NCBI GenBank assembly: GCA_036170915.1
Contig: JAVHQC010000011.1
Span: forward strand, 32,001 to 96,000
DNA length: 64,000 nt
Origin: Cyanobacteria bacterium auto_48_18
GTDB lineage: Bacteria > Cyanobacteriota > Vampirovibrionia > Obscuribacterales > Obscuribacteraceae
Direction of reading: 5' to 3'
The notes under the pieces are model-generated. The model made no database searches and was not told where the DNA came from. It saw nothing but the letters and a program-made list of their open reading frames with translations. This document shows, one piece after another, positions 28,136 to 39,345 of this stretch (position 1 is its first letter; every line of letters starts with the position of its first letter). Position numbers and translations under genes: made by a program.

Positions 28136-28833
28136 ATTACTACATTGACACGGAATCCGTCCCAATCGCTGACGTTGCGGCAACTGTCTATAGATTAGTT
28201 TGTCGGTGCGATTTTTCGAGTCCCGGTTTTGCACTGGTCAGGCAATCACACGTAAGCGATTCGCTAACGCACAGGCGTGAACTCGTAGCAATTAAAGAAG
28301 CACTATCGATGATACATTCGAACGAAACTGGCATTGGTTTAGGATGGTTCACAATGAGCCGATTCGATCAGAAGAACACGACCAAGCTGCATCGCGATGG
28401 CGGTCCCAGTGAATCGCTGCTGATCTTAGGCTACGAACCGACTGAAGTTGTCAGTGAAGTTTCGATAGCCGATTACTCGGCTTGTGCTCATGACTTGAAC
28501 ATGACTCCCGACGAATTTCTTGAAAATTTCAACCCAATGTACGGCGAGGGAGTCGATAAGTTGATGCCTTACACAACATCCCTCGAAAAATTTGACCGAA
28601 GTGCCTTTCAGATATTGATAGTAAACAACAGTTCTTCTCCATATCATCCTAGTTCTACAAGGTGGCAGGGTGTTCTGCACGGAGCAAAAATGGTCCGATA
28701 TGAAGATGCTGAACAGCGCGTTATAAACTCAACGAGTGTAGTGCCGGTGGCCGCAAGAGTCGACGAGGCGGTTTCACCCGAGCGAGTGCAACAATTTCTA
28801 AGCGGCGAACCCCTTTCGGTTTCTAGCTATTAG
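28132..28833 (+). CDS. Hypothetical protein with HxD...H motif (2OG-Fe(II) oxygenase-like?)
   Basis: LHRDG...GVLH...R; ATGA-coupled to the DUF4184 gene. Confidence 0.55.
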   Translation: MNYYIDTESVPIADVAATVYRLVCRCDFSSPGFALVRQSHVSDSLTHRRELVAIKEALSMIHSNETGIGLGWFTMSRFDQKNTTKLHRDGGPSESLLILGYEPTEVVSEVSIADYSACAHDLNMTPDEFLENFNPMYGEGVDKLMPYTTSLEKFDRSAFQILIVNNSSSPYHPSSTRWQGVLHGAKMVRYEDAEQRVINSTSVVPVAARVDEAVSPERVQQFLSGEPLSVSSY

Positions 28834-29155
28834 TTACTGCTTCGGTAGCTGAATCTAAATCATACTTATCTACGATGATCCGGAGAGCTTCCAAAAAGGA
28901 AACTTTTTTGAACTTCTGCACAAAATTGAAAATATCGCCGCCCTCGCCGCATGTATAGCACGCAAAACGTTCTTCTTTGGACACCGTAAAGAACTGACCA
29001 TCCTCGTGTCTGCAAAACGGGCAGATGCCCACATAGCGCTTGCCTTTTAATTTAAGTGTGGTGTGCTCCGATATGATTTCGACGATTTTTACTTGCGATT
29101 TCGCAGCCGAAATTAATTCAATCATTTTCGCATCGTTTGACTCATCGTAATCCAT
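28823..29155 (-). CDS. Stand-alone CHC2 (DnaG-type) zinc-finger protein
   Basis: GICPFC...F.V...FACYTCGEGGDIFNFV...SFLEAL; no primase catalytic core; start 29155 (TGATG overlap) or 29185. Confidence 0.8.
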   Translation of the reverse strand: MDYDESNDAKMIELISAAKSQVKIVEIISEHTTLKLKGKRYVGICPFCRHEDGQFFTVSKEERFACYTCGEGGDIFNFVQKFKKVSFLEALRIIVDKYDLDSATEAVTNS

Positions 29156-29808
29156 CAGAATTTTCCTTCGAGCCATTGTGTCCATTGTACTGACGGTATG
29201 ACTTGATGATAGTAAACGATTTCGCCAGCCTTGATTGGTTGGCTAGTTACTCTCCCGCTCGCTATCCAAATGTCACCAACTGCATCGCTAGGACACCTGC
29301 TCTCTCGAATTTGTTCAACCCTCAGATTTGCTGGCAGAGTCACAGAGCCAGTTGAAATATCCTTCAAGCTTCGAACAACAGGAATTTGTCTATCTTGCTC
29401 CATTTCCTCCGCATGGAGTGATGGATGCCCCTGCAATTGCAAAATATGCATTTTGTTCGCGGTAGTTAGTATGGATTCAGGAAACACTTGATCAAAAAGC
29501 ACCTGCTTGCCAGCGGTCAGCGGTTTAACTGCGCGCCTTCCAATTGCAATCCATGTGTCATACAAGGCATCCTTAGAGCGAACATTCCGGTCAACAAATT
29601 TGCGCTTAAGGCAGTCGCCAGTTACCACTTTATTGGCCGCGACACTCTTTGTGCAGTAAACGACTTTCACTAATGGCTGTTCGTTGGCCTTGGCGTCTGA
29701 TTGTCTAGTAATGGAAGGGAGAATACCCACTAGTGCCAGGATAGCCGTCAGTAAAAGTGTAGGACGTCTCAATTTAATACCCTGCTGCAACTTCTGCTTT
29801 GAAGCCAA
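29155..29808 (-). CDS. Exported protein with two SAF-like domains
   Basis: Two repeats: VV..K.V/I...V...L....DA..D.WIA.GR....P...G; N-terminal TM or signal segment. Confidence 0.7.
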   Translation of the reverse strand: MASKQKLQQGIKLRRPTLLLTAILALVGILPSITRQSDAKANEQPLVKVVYCTKSVAANKVVTGDCLKRKFVDRNVRSKDALYDTWIAIGRRAVKPLTAGKQVLFDQVFPESILTTANKMHILQLQGHPSLHAEEMEQDRQIPVVRSLKDISTGSVTLPANLRVEQIRESRCPSDAVGDIWIASGRVTSQPIKAGEIVYYHQVIPSVQWTQWLEGKF

Positions 29809-29990
29809 CTTTGTTCATTCTAAACCCTTTGTAGATATGCAGGAACGAGCGTTTGCCATCAGCGCCCGGAAACAAATGCCCAGATTAGACGTCTCAGATC
29901 TGAACATCCATTTTAATGGATGCAAGGCCCAGGCTTACCTGCATTGCAAGATGGCCTTGATAGGAATCTGTGGTATCCGGGGAAGTAAGC

Positions 29991-30776
29991 ATGAGGCGAT
30001 TCTTTAACATTTCTTGTCTGGCAGCCGTGGCTACCTGCCTTCTGTCAGTGAGCTTAATTGGTCCGATCCAGGCGCAGTCTCTCCCATCAATCCACTTTGC
30101 CCCGCCACGGAATAACTTTCGGCCTTATTATGGCGGGGGTCGCTTTCAACAATATTTTTCTAACCCGCCTCCCATTGCTCCCTTTTATGGAGGGTCAGCG
30201 GCGTCACGAGAATTTGAAGCTGCTACCAGCGGCTGGAGCGCTCTGCCGGGGTCCGTTGCTCGCTGGCCTGCGCAGAAACTCCCGCTTGCCGTGTATATAG
30301 CGTCTGGCGATGGCGTACCAGGTTACCGCCCATCGTTCAGCGATATTGCGGTTGAAGCATTGCGCGATTGGTCACAGGTCTCAGGTGGAAAGCTGAAGTT
30401 TCAATTGGTATCAGATCCACGTTACGCAGATATTACTCTGTCATGGTCAAGCTCTGCACCCGGCAATGAAGCGATGCTGGAAGCCGGAAATACGCTCACC
30501 ACTGCTAGTATCAACAGACGAAACGGCAGCCTATTTATAGAACACGCCCGCATTTCTATACTTACTCAAATTCGCGGCGTTTCATTTACCCCGGCAGAAA
30601 TTAAGAAGATCGTGCTTCATGAGTTCGGTCACGCAATCGGCATCAAAGAACATTCTCCAGTTCCGACAGATATTATGTTCGCTGTGACTTCACCAATGCA
30701 GCAGCCAGCCTTGTCTGTGCGAGATATCAATGCGGTCAATCAGATTTATCGCGGTTATCCGGCAGCGAACCTTTAA
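29991..30776 (+). CDS. Matrixin-family (M10) metalloprotease, secreted
   Basis: HEFGHAIGIKEHS, DIM Met-turn and LS.RD motifs; signal peptide. Confidence 0.88.
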   Translation: MRRFFNISCLAAVATCLLSVSLIGPIQAQSLPSIHFAPPRNNFRPYYGGGRFQQYFSNPPPIAPFYGGSAASREFEAATSGWSALPGSVARWPAQKLPLAVYIASGDGVPGYRPSFSDIAVEALRDWSQVSGGKLKFQLVSDPRYADITLSWSSSAPGNEAMLEAGNTLTTASINRRNGSLFIEHARISILTQIRGVSFTPAEIKKIVLHEFGHAIGIKEHSPVPTDIMFAVTSPMQQPALSVRDINAVNQIYRGYPAANL

Positions 30777-30806
30777 AATCTCCAAGAGGTAAGATAGTGT
30801 TGGGCG

Positions 30807-33263
30807 TTGGCGCGCCTATCTTATGCGGACAGTTATAGATGGGGATATTCAATGATTAGGGGCCGACCATTCGTCAGCATTGCAAACCGATCGGCTGTTG
30901 TCATGGCCTTCTCTCAGGCAGTCCTTGTACTAATCTCCACGCTTCCAGCAACGGCTGGTTCAGAAGGTTTATTTAGTGAGACCTACAAACGCATTACCGT
31001 TGCCAGCGATGCAGAACAGTTAGTGATTGAGCGTGAAGCGGACCAGGCGTCCAAAGCAAAGAATTATTGTGAGGCCAGCGCCAAATATCTAGCGGCTGCT
31101 GCGCACCTTTATATAGCAGGAAACTTTGAACGCGCCCGGCCAGCCTTTGACAAGGCATTTCTAATGGCAGCACAACTTTCGCCTGAAGAGCAAAAGCAGA
31201 TGCTTTTGACTTTGAGCAAAGTGATTTCGAATAGTCGCGGTGACCGCGATATTAACGCATACAAATATTTTGCGCAGCAGCGACTGAAGCTGTTGCAGAA
31301 AAATTCGACGGCGACTCCTGATCAGCGCTATTATGAAGTGCAGACTCTTGCATTGAGCTGTTCTCGACATGGGCGATTTAAAGAAGCTATATCGCTATTG
31401 CTCGATACTCTAAAAGATCTAGAGTCTATTAAGCCACTGCCACGATCTTATGGCACTTGTCAGGCCACTTTGGCGCGAGTCTATGATGAGAGCGGCGATA
31501 AGGCTAAAGCTCAAACATACTATGAGCGAGCGCTCGAGTTTACCCGGCAATCACCCGATACAAATGGCTATGAGCATGTTCTTCAGAGCTATCTCGGGTT
31601 TCTTCTGAAAAATAGAATGGGTAAAGAAGTTGGACCAATCGCCGAAGAGTATTACAAGTTCACTACCGCACCGGGCTATAGCAGATGGCGAGATCGCGTA
31701 TCGTACGGAACAATGGCTCAAAAGCTCGCCGAATTAAATGTGGATCTGGCGAATAAATACTATCGTGCTGCTTTTGAAAATCAGGTGGCAGGCACCAGAA
31801 CAGCCATGAATATGGGCTACGGACAGACATGTGTTGAGTGGGCACAAATGCTGCATGCGGCTGGCAGAACCCCTGAGGCAATAGACGTGTTGCAAAATGG
31901 AATGGCTTTTTGCCGCAGCGCAAAGTGGCCTAATGCATTTGAGCGATACATGCCAATGATGCTCGATCCGTGCGAAGGATACCTACGCCTGAGCAATCGT
32001 CACAGCGATGCTGACCAACTTAGAGCGAATTACGAGAAAGAGAAAATATCGCGCAAGGTTGCTGTTCTGGAAGAACGAGAAGCTTGGCTGCAGCAAGCTT
32101 CCAGCGGCCCGGGACAAAAGCCGACCGACCAGGTTGAAGCTCTTACTGAATTGGCTTACCGAGCATTCGATACTCAGAAATGCGATGAGGGTCTAAAGTT
32201 GCTTAAAAGCGCTGTGGATGCCTACGAGATGAACGCCGACAGTAGAGATAGTGAGCGCATGTACAACCGGTTTCTAAACATTAGTGCTCGATTGAAGAAA
32301 TGTGGTCATGAGGGCGACAGTAAGGCACTTTTACTTCGAATTGTGCGCGCCAGGATAGTAGCTGGTTTTCCGGATCCTGACGGTAATCACATTACCGTTT
32401 GCACAATGGGCCCTCGTCCGCTGGATGCGCTTACCGATTTGATGTATCAGAACAATTCAGATAAAAAAGCTGTGATAGATATTCTATTGGCCGATGCGAA
32501 GGCTTCCTCCAAGCCGACAAGCGTCATCTATTTTATGCAGTTTTCAAATCCAATTTCTGTGGATGAGCGGGGTCTAGCAAACTTAGAAGAGATCGAAGAG
32601 TGGAAAATCAAAGCAAACAATCCACCGCTTTTGTTTGCCCATATGCTGAGAATTTCAGATTGGATGATCCATTTGAATCAGTTTGACAAGGCCGCAGCAA
32701 AGTGGAAACAAGCAGTAGCTCTCGCCGAGACAGCGAAAACGCAATCGCCAAAGATGCTGAACTATTCGGCAACCGTGAGACTGCAAAATGTTGGCGCAGC
32801 CTTTGTTAAGAAGAATCAGATGTCTAAAGCGGCTGATGTCTATACTGTTGCTTACAAATTGGCCTTGAATGAGCCGAAAGAATATAGTGCTCAGACCATA
32901 GCTAAATCGATTGACACTTTAGCATCGAAATATGTCGAGGCTGGTGACACCGCATCTGGTGAATCGCTATTGAACAGTGTGCTTGAAATCAGTAGGGCCG
33001 AGAGAGGCAGCGATAGCCTGCTTGAGCGCATGTGGCTTATCAAGCTTGCTGACTTTTTTGCCCAGCGAGGAGATAAAGCAAAAACTAAAAGTGCCTGTAG
33101 TGCTTTCTTTGACTCAATCAACAAGCCTGGCTTGACTGTTAGCGCCAGTACTATTGATGATATGAGAAAGCATCTGACAGTCTTGAAGAACTATGGCTTT
33201 TCCTCAGAGGCCTCATCGGTTGAGAAGAAATTGCACGAGCTAGACGCGCACCAGTGCAAATGA
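30807..33263 (+). CDS. Large TPR-like helical repeat protein
   Basis: 818 aa with repeated TPR-like units; N-terminal signal-like segment; start uncertain. Confidence 0.75.
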   Translation: MARLSYADSYRWGYSMIRGRPFVSIANRSAVVMAFSQAVLVLISTLPATAGSEGLFSETYKRITVASDAEQLVIEREADQASKAKNYCEASAKYLAAAAHLYIAGNFERARPAFDKAFLMAAQLSPEEQKQMLLTLSKVISNSRGDRDINAYKYFAQQRLKLLQKNSTATPDQRYYEVQTLALSCSRHGRFKEAISLLLDTLKDLESIKPLPRSYGTCQATLARVYDESGDKAKAQTYYERALEFTRQSPDTNGYEHVLQSYLGFLLKNRMGKEVGPIAEEYYKFTTAPGYSRWRDRVSYGTMAQKLAELNVDLANKYYRAAFENQVAGTRTAMNMGYGQTCVEWAQMLHAAGRTPEAIDVLQNGMAFCRSAKWPNAFERYMPMMLDPCEGYLRLSNRHSDADQLRANYEKEKISRKVAVLEEREAWLQQASSGPGQKPTDQVEALTELAYRAFDTQKCDEGLKLLKSAVDAYEMNADSRDSERMYNRFLNISARLKKCGHEGDSKALLLRIVRARIVAGFPDPDGNHITVCTMGPRPLDALTDLMYQNNSDKKAVIDILLADAKASSKPTSVIYFMQFSNPISVDERGLANLEEIEEWKIKANNPPLLFAHMLRISDWMIHLNQFDKAAAKWKQAVALAETAKTQSPKMLNYSATVRLQNVGAAFVKKNQMSKAADVYTVAYKLALNEPKEYSAQTIAKSIDTLASKYVEAGDTASGESLLNSVLEISRAERGSDSLLERMWLIKLADFFAQRGDKAKTKSACSAFFDSINKPGLTVSASTIDDMRKHLTVLKNYGFSSEASSVEKKLHELDAHQCK

Positions 33264-33287
33264 GTATCGGTCGCGTCCCGCTAGCTG

Positions 33288-35696
<2,409 letters not shown>

Positions 35697-35954
35697 TCAT
35701 CAACTAATCAATTGTAGAAGATTCTTTGTGGTCCTTCCACCACATTTTTCAATTTTGCGGCTCATTACTAGAATGTCAATGTATGGTTCTTTGCGTGCTT
35801 TGAAATTGCTCATGCGTTTGAGGGCACCACATGTAGTGCGGAGCCTGGCCGATCACCGATTCGGTAGAAAGTAAAGAACCTCACAGCAATCTAACGCTGA
35901 TATTTGTATTGTCTTTGTTGTGACCACTTACCACATCAAGCAAAAGGCAGTTTC

Positions 35955-36329
35955 ATGACAAAAGCAATCGAAGATGTAAGCGACAATGCTAAACCTCAAC
36001 AGACAGATAACAATTCTGACTTGTCTGTATCACTCTGGCAGTCAATGCGAAACGAAGGCACCGTAGGCACCACCAACAACAATCGACCAGGTAGCTTTGC
36101 CATTACCGATAACAACCGCGGAGCAAATGGTAGCGAGAAAGTATTGCCTGCCATTGATTTTTTTGACTCTCAATCAGCAGAGAATTCGCCCACTGGTCCT
36201 TATAAGTTCGAGAGCGTTTCCAGTTCCTATGTAGGGAAGAGCGACGCGCAAGAGCAGATGAGAATTGAAATGAAATTTGAAAGCGTAAACAGCTCGTATG
36301 TCGGTAGCAGCGAGGACCTTTATAAATAG
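35955..36329 (+). CDS. Hypothetical low-complexity protein with a duplicated C-terminal motif
   Basis: KFESV[SN]SSYVG occurs twice; synonymous divergence between the copies supports coding. Confidence 0.7.
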   Translation: MTKAIEDVSDNAKPQQTDNNSDLSVSLWQSMRNEGTVGTTNNNRPGSFAITDNNRGANGSEKVLPAIDFFDSQSAENSPTGPYKFESVSSSYVGKSDAQEQMRIEMKFESVNSSYVGSSEDLYK

Positions 36330-36391
36330 CTAGTTAAATTCGTTACCGAAGAAAGGCCAAGTTTTTCTCTTTACTCTAGCGATCCTCACCC

Positions 36392-36419
36392 TTGACATAA
36401 GTGGCACGGTTGCTAGAAT
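36392..36419 (+). promoter_or_regulatory. Sigma70-type promoter
   Basis: TTGACA (36392-36397), 16-nt spacer, TAGAAT (36414-36419) with extended -10 TG. Confidence 0.7.
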
Positions 36420-36450
36420 GTTTTTAGGTTCCCCCCATCTTTAGAGGTAA

Positions 36451-36710
36451 AGGTCATGTTTTCCCGAAGTACGTCGCACAGCAGCATATCGCTCTAAGGG
36501 CTCACAGCCCCTGCTTTGTACTTGGGACAAATGATCTGACGGAACTACAGCTTCTGTAATTTATCGTTGTATCCACTGCTCTGGCATCGCGCCTTGCTGC
36601 GGTAGTCAATTACGCATCCACGCGCCCGTTTAAAAAGCCTGCATCTGAGCGGCTTTGTATAACGCGCATCGTTTTTCACTTCGCTTGCAGCGGAGAGCTT
36701 TGCTGCGAGC
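36451..36710 (+). promoter_or_regulatory. Structured 5' leader (attenuator-like)
   Basis: 36452-36472 pairs with 36518-36536; nested stems inside; further hairpin at 36683-36710 before the SD. Confidence 0.55.
36456..36497 (+). CDS. Putative leader peptide MFSRSTSHSSISL
   Basis: GAGGT SD upstream; 13 codons; embedded in a long hairpin. Confidence 0.5.
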   Translation: MFSRSTSHSSISL

Positions 36711-36724
36711 ATTCGGAGAATTAT

Positions 36725-37540
36725 ATGTTTGCCAATTTGGAAAAGTCATTTAGAAAAATCGGCGCTAAAGTCGCCATAAAAATAGCCAATGGAGACATTG
36801 TACGCGGCCGCCGACAAGTTCAAAAAGCACCGGTGCGCCTCAATATCGTCACTACAAAGGGAGAAGAAATTTTCGAGATTTCAGTTCGCCGAGATGCACT
36901 AGCAGACTTAGAGCTTTCAGTTTTAGAAGTTCTTGCTCACGACAAACACTTATTGTTGCTTTCTAGACAACTGGATAGCAATGGAACCGCACGGAGAAAA
37001 GACCATTTTCTTTGCGGTCGAGATGAGCGCCATCTGTTTGTCGCAGCTGTTGAGGGGGTGTCCACTGTGGCTGCTGCAAAAGCCTCTCTCAAACCAGATG
37101 AGATTTTGCATCAAGAAGTGGGAGTCAATGCAGTCAAACGAAACCGTCGCAAAACAAAGGCATTCCGACGCCAGGGAGAATGGTTTTTCATTCCAGTATC
37201 GCTGGTAGTGCCAACTGCTGTCATGCGCTCACATGAACCTCTTGTACGGGGAACCGGTGGTAAAGCTCATGTGGCCAGGTATGCATATCGCACTGGCGGT
37301 GAGAGTGTGATGGTGTGCAATCGATATCCTCAAGGGCTTACTGAGCCGGAACACGCAGCTTTGTTGGCAAGCGACGCGTTGGCCAGGTCATTTAATTGGC
37401 GGCTGATGTCTCGAAATGCAACCGTTTACGTTAAGGGCCCGGTGCGCCATCCTGACCACGCCACTATCGTTCTCAACCAGTGGCACCGGGTTCTCATGAA
37501 CACCGAAGTGCGAACAGGCACCATTGCTTTTCTCGACTGA
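36725..37540 (+). CDS. Basic hypothetical protein, first gene of the rtcB-prfH operon
   Basis: GGAG SD; Arg/Lys-rich; FLCGRDERH, RQGEWFF and HPDH motifs; 26 bp from rtcB. Confidence 0.85.
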   Translation: MFANLEKSFRKIGAKVAIKIANGDIVRGRRQVQKAPVRLNIVTTKGEEIFEISVRRDALADLELSVLEVLAHDKHLLLLSRQLDSNGTARRKDHFLCGRDERHLFVAAVEGVSTVAAAKASLKPDEILHQEVGVNAVKRNRRKTKAFRRQGEWFFIPVSLVVPTAVMRSHEPLVRGTGGKAHVARYAYRTGGESVMVCNRYPQGLTEPEHAALLASDALARSFNWRLMSRNATVYVKGPVRHPDHATIVLNQWHRVLMNTEVRTGTIAFLD

Positions 37541-37566
37541 TCAAAAATAACTAAGAAAGGACAAAT

Positions 37567-38673
37567 ATGACCACTAGAATAATTGCATCGTCAAAAAATT
37601 GGATAGAAGGCGATGCTATCGAACAACTAAATCAAACATCCCGATTGCCTGGTATGCGCCAAGCAATTGGAATGCCTGATCTTCATCCCGGCAAAGGCAC
37701 TCCAATTGGTGCCGTTTTTGCCTGCCAAGGTTTTGTCTATCCACATCTTGTCGGTAATGATATCGGCTGCGGAATGGCCTTCTGGCAAACGAACTTAAAC
37801 ACCGCGCAAATTAAATTGGATAAGTGGATTAAGAAACTAAACGACTTTGAATCTGTCAAAGTCGATAATCATGGTGAACTGATTGATGGCACTGCGTTGG
37901 CAACCAATAATTTCGACAACGCATTGGGCACTATAGGTGGAGGCAATCACTTTGCTGAACTTCAGCGAGTTCACACTATTGTTGAACCAGCAGTGTTTTC
38001 TTCTCTGGAGATTGATAAATATAGCCTTTATGTTCTCGTGCATAGCGGATCACGTGGCCTTGGTGAGCACATTTTGCAAACTCACCAAATGCTTTATGGA
38101 AATGGGGGCCTTGAGGAAAGTTCGCATGAGGCACGTGAATATCTTTCTGCGCATGACGCTGCCGTCAGTTGGGCTAGCTTAAACCGTCGAATTATCGCCG
38201 CCAAGTTTATGCAGTGTCTTAACACGAGCGGAAAGGAAATCTTGGATGTTTGCCACAATGGTGTCCATTTCAACCCTGAAGAACGCTGGTGGCTTCATCG
38301 CAAGGGCGCGGCACCGTCAGATCAGGGGCTCGTGGTTATACCCGGTTCACGCGGCACCCTCAGTTATCTTGTGCGCGCGTGCGGAGATCAGACTTCAAAT
38401 CTTGCAACGGTGGCACATGGTGCTGGCCGCAAGTGGAAGCGCTCAGATTGTCGCGGCAAATTGGAAAAGCGCTATAGCAAAGAAAGTCTCAAGCGCACCG
38501 AATTTGGTGGCCGAGTGATTTGCGAAGACAAAGCTTTGCTTTACGAAGAAGCACCACAAGCCTATAAAGATATCGATGTGGTTGTGGATGATCTGGTTAA
38601 TGCCGGCCTAATTACGGTAATTGCAACGTTTGCGCCCGTCATTACGTACAAGACAGGAGGCTCAAAACGATGA
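37567..38673 (+). CDS. rtcB: RtcB-family RNA ligase, PrfH-coupled (RtcB2 type)
   Basis: MPDLHPGKG, DIGCG, GGGNHF, HSGSRG, HRKGA, HGAGR and EEAP.AYK motifs. Confidence 0.93.
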   Translation: MTTRIIASSKNWIEGDAIEQLNQTSRLPGMRQAIGMPDLHPGKGTPIGAVFACQGFVYPHLVGNDIGCGMAFWQTNLNTAQIKLDKWIKKLNDFESVKVDNHGELIDGTALATNNFDNALGTIGGGNHFAELQRVHTIVEPAVFSSLEIDKYSLYVLVHSGSRGLGEHILQTHQMLYGNGGLEESSHEAREYLSAHDAAVSWASLNRRIIAAKFMQCLNTSGKEILDVCHNGVHFNPEERWWLHRKGAAPSDQGLVVIPGSRGTLSYLVRACGDQTSNLATVAHGAGRKWKRSDCRGKLEKRYSKESLKRTEFGGRVICEDKALLYEEAPQAYKDIDVVVDDLVNAGLITVIATFAPVITYKTGGSKR

Positions 38674-39296
38674 CGGTTTGGTTGCAGATTACTGCGGGCC
38701 TTGGGCCTGATGAATGTTGTTTAGTTGTGGCGAGAGTGGCAACTTTGATTTCGGAGGAATCGAAACTCAATCAAACCGAATTGCACTTAATCGAAGCCGT
38801 AGATGGAAAAAGAACTGGAACCTTCCAATCGTTGTTATTTTCCATCGACTCTGAAACTGTCCCTGGTTGGTTGCAAGCCTGGATTGGTTCGGTGAAATGG
38901 GTGAGCAATAGTCCATATCGCCCCAACCACTCTCGCAAGAATTGGTTTGTTGGTGTGCAGGCTTTGCAACCGCCCTCGGGAATTAATTTTAAGTTGTGCG
39001 ATGTGCGCATAGACACGTGCCGAGCTTCAGGACCAGGTGGGCAACATGTAAACAAAACTGAGTCGGCAGTTCGGGCTACGCACTTACCAACAGGCCTGGT
39101 GGCAATCAGCCAAGACGCTCGTTCTCAAAAACACAATCGCGATCTGGCACTGGAGCGACTTAAGCGAAAGTTGCAGGTCGTAGATGAGGGCAAGCGAGCA
39201 AACTCCAAGCTACAACTTCATAACCAGCATTCACAGCTTGAAAGAGGTAATGCAGCCAAGACTTTTATGGGGGATGAATTTAGCCTGAGGCTCTAG
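38670..39296 (+). CDS. prfH: Peptide chain release factor H
   Basis: GPGGQHVNKTESAVR and SPYRPNHSRKNWF motifs; ATGA overlap with rtcB. Confidence 0.93.
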   Translation: MTVWLQITAGLGPDECCLVVARVATLISEESKLNQTELHLIEAVDGKRTGTFQSLLFSIDSETVPGWLQAWIGSVKWVSNSPYRPNHSRKNWFVGVQALQPPSGINFKLCDVRIDTCRASGPGGQHVNKTESAVRATHLPTGLVAISQDARSQKHNRDLALERLKRKLQVVDEGKRANSKLQLHNQHSQLERGNAAKTFMGDEFSLRL

Positions 39297-39345
39297 CGGC
39301 TTTTCTACTAGCCATTCCAACCCACATTTGCTATCCTCTGCTGTC

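Noticed and set aside
19673..33263. Prophage or integrative element suggested by the TA module, orphans and primase-like fragments
   Set aside because: No integrase, transposase, structural genes or att repeats seen; mixed gene orientations
36402..36413. TGGCAC-GG-TTGC resembling a sigma54 promoter, as used by RtcR-controlled rtc operons
   Set aside because: Only 2 nt separate TGGCAC and TTGC instead of the required 5; the sigma70 reading fits better
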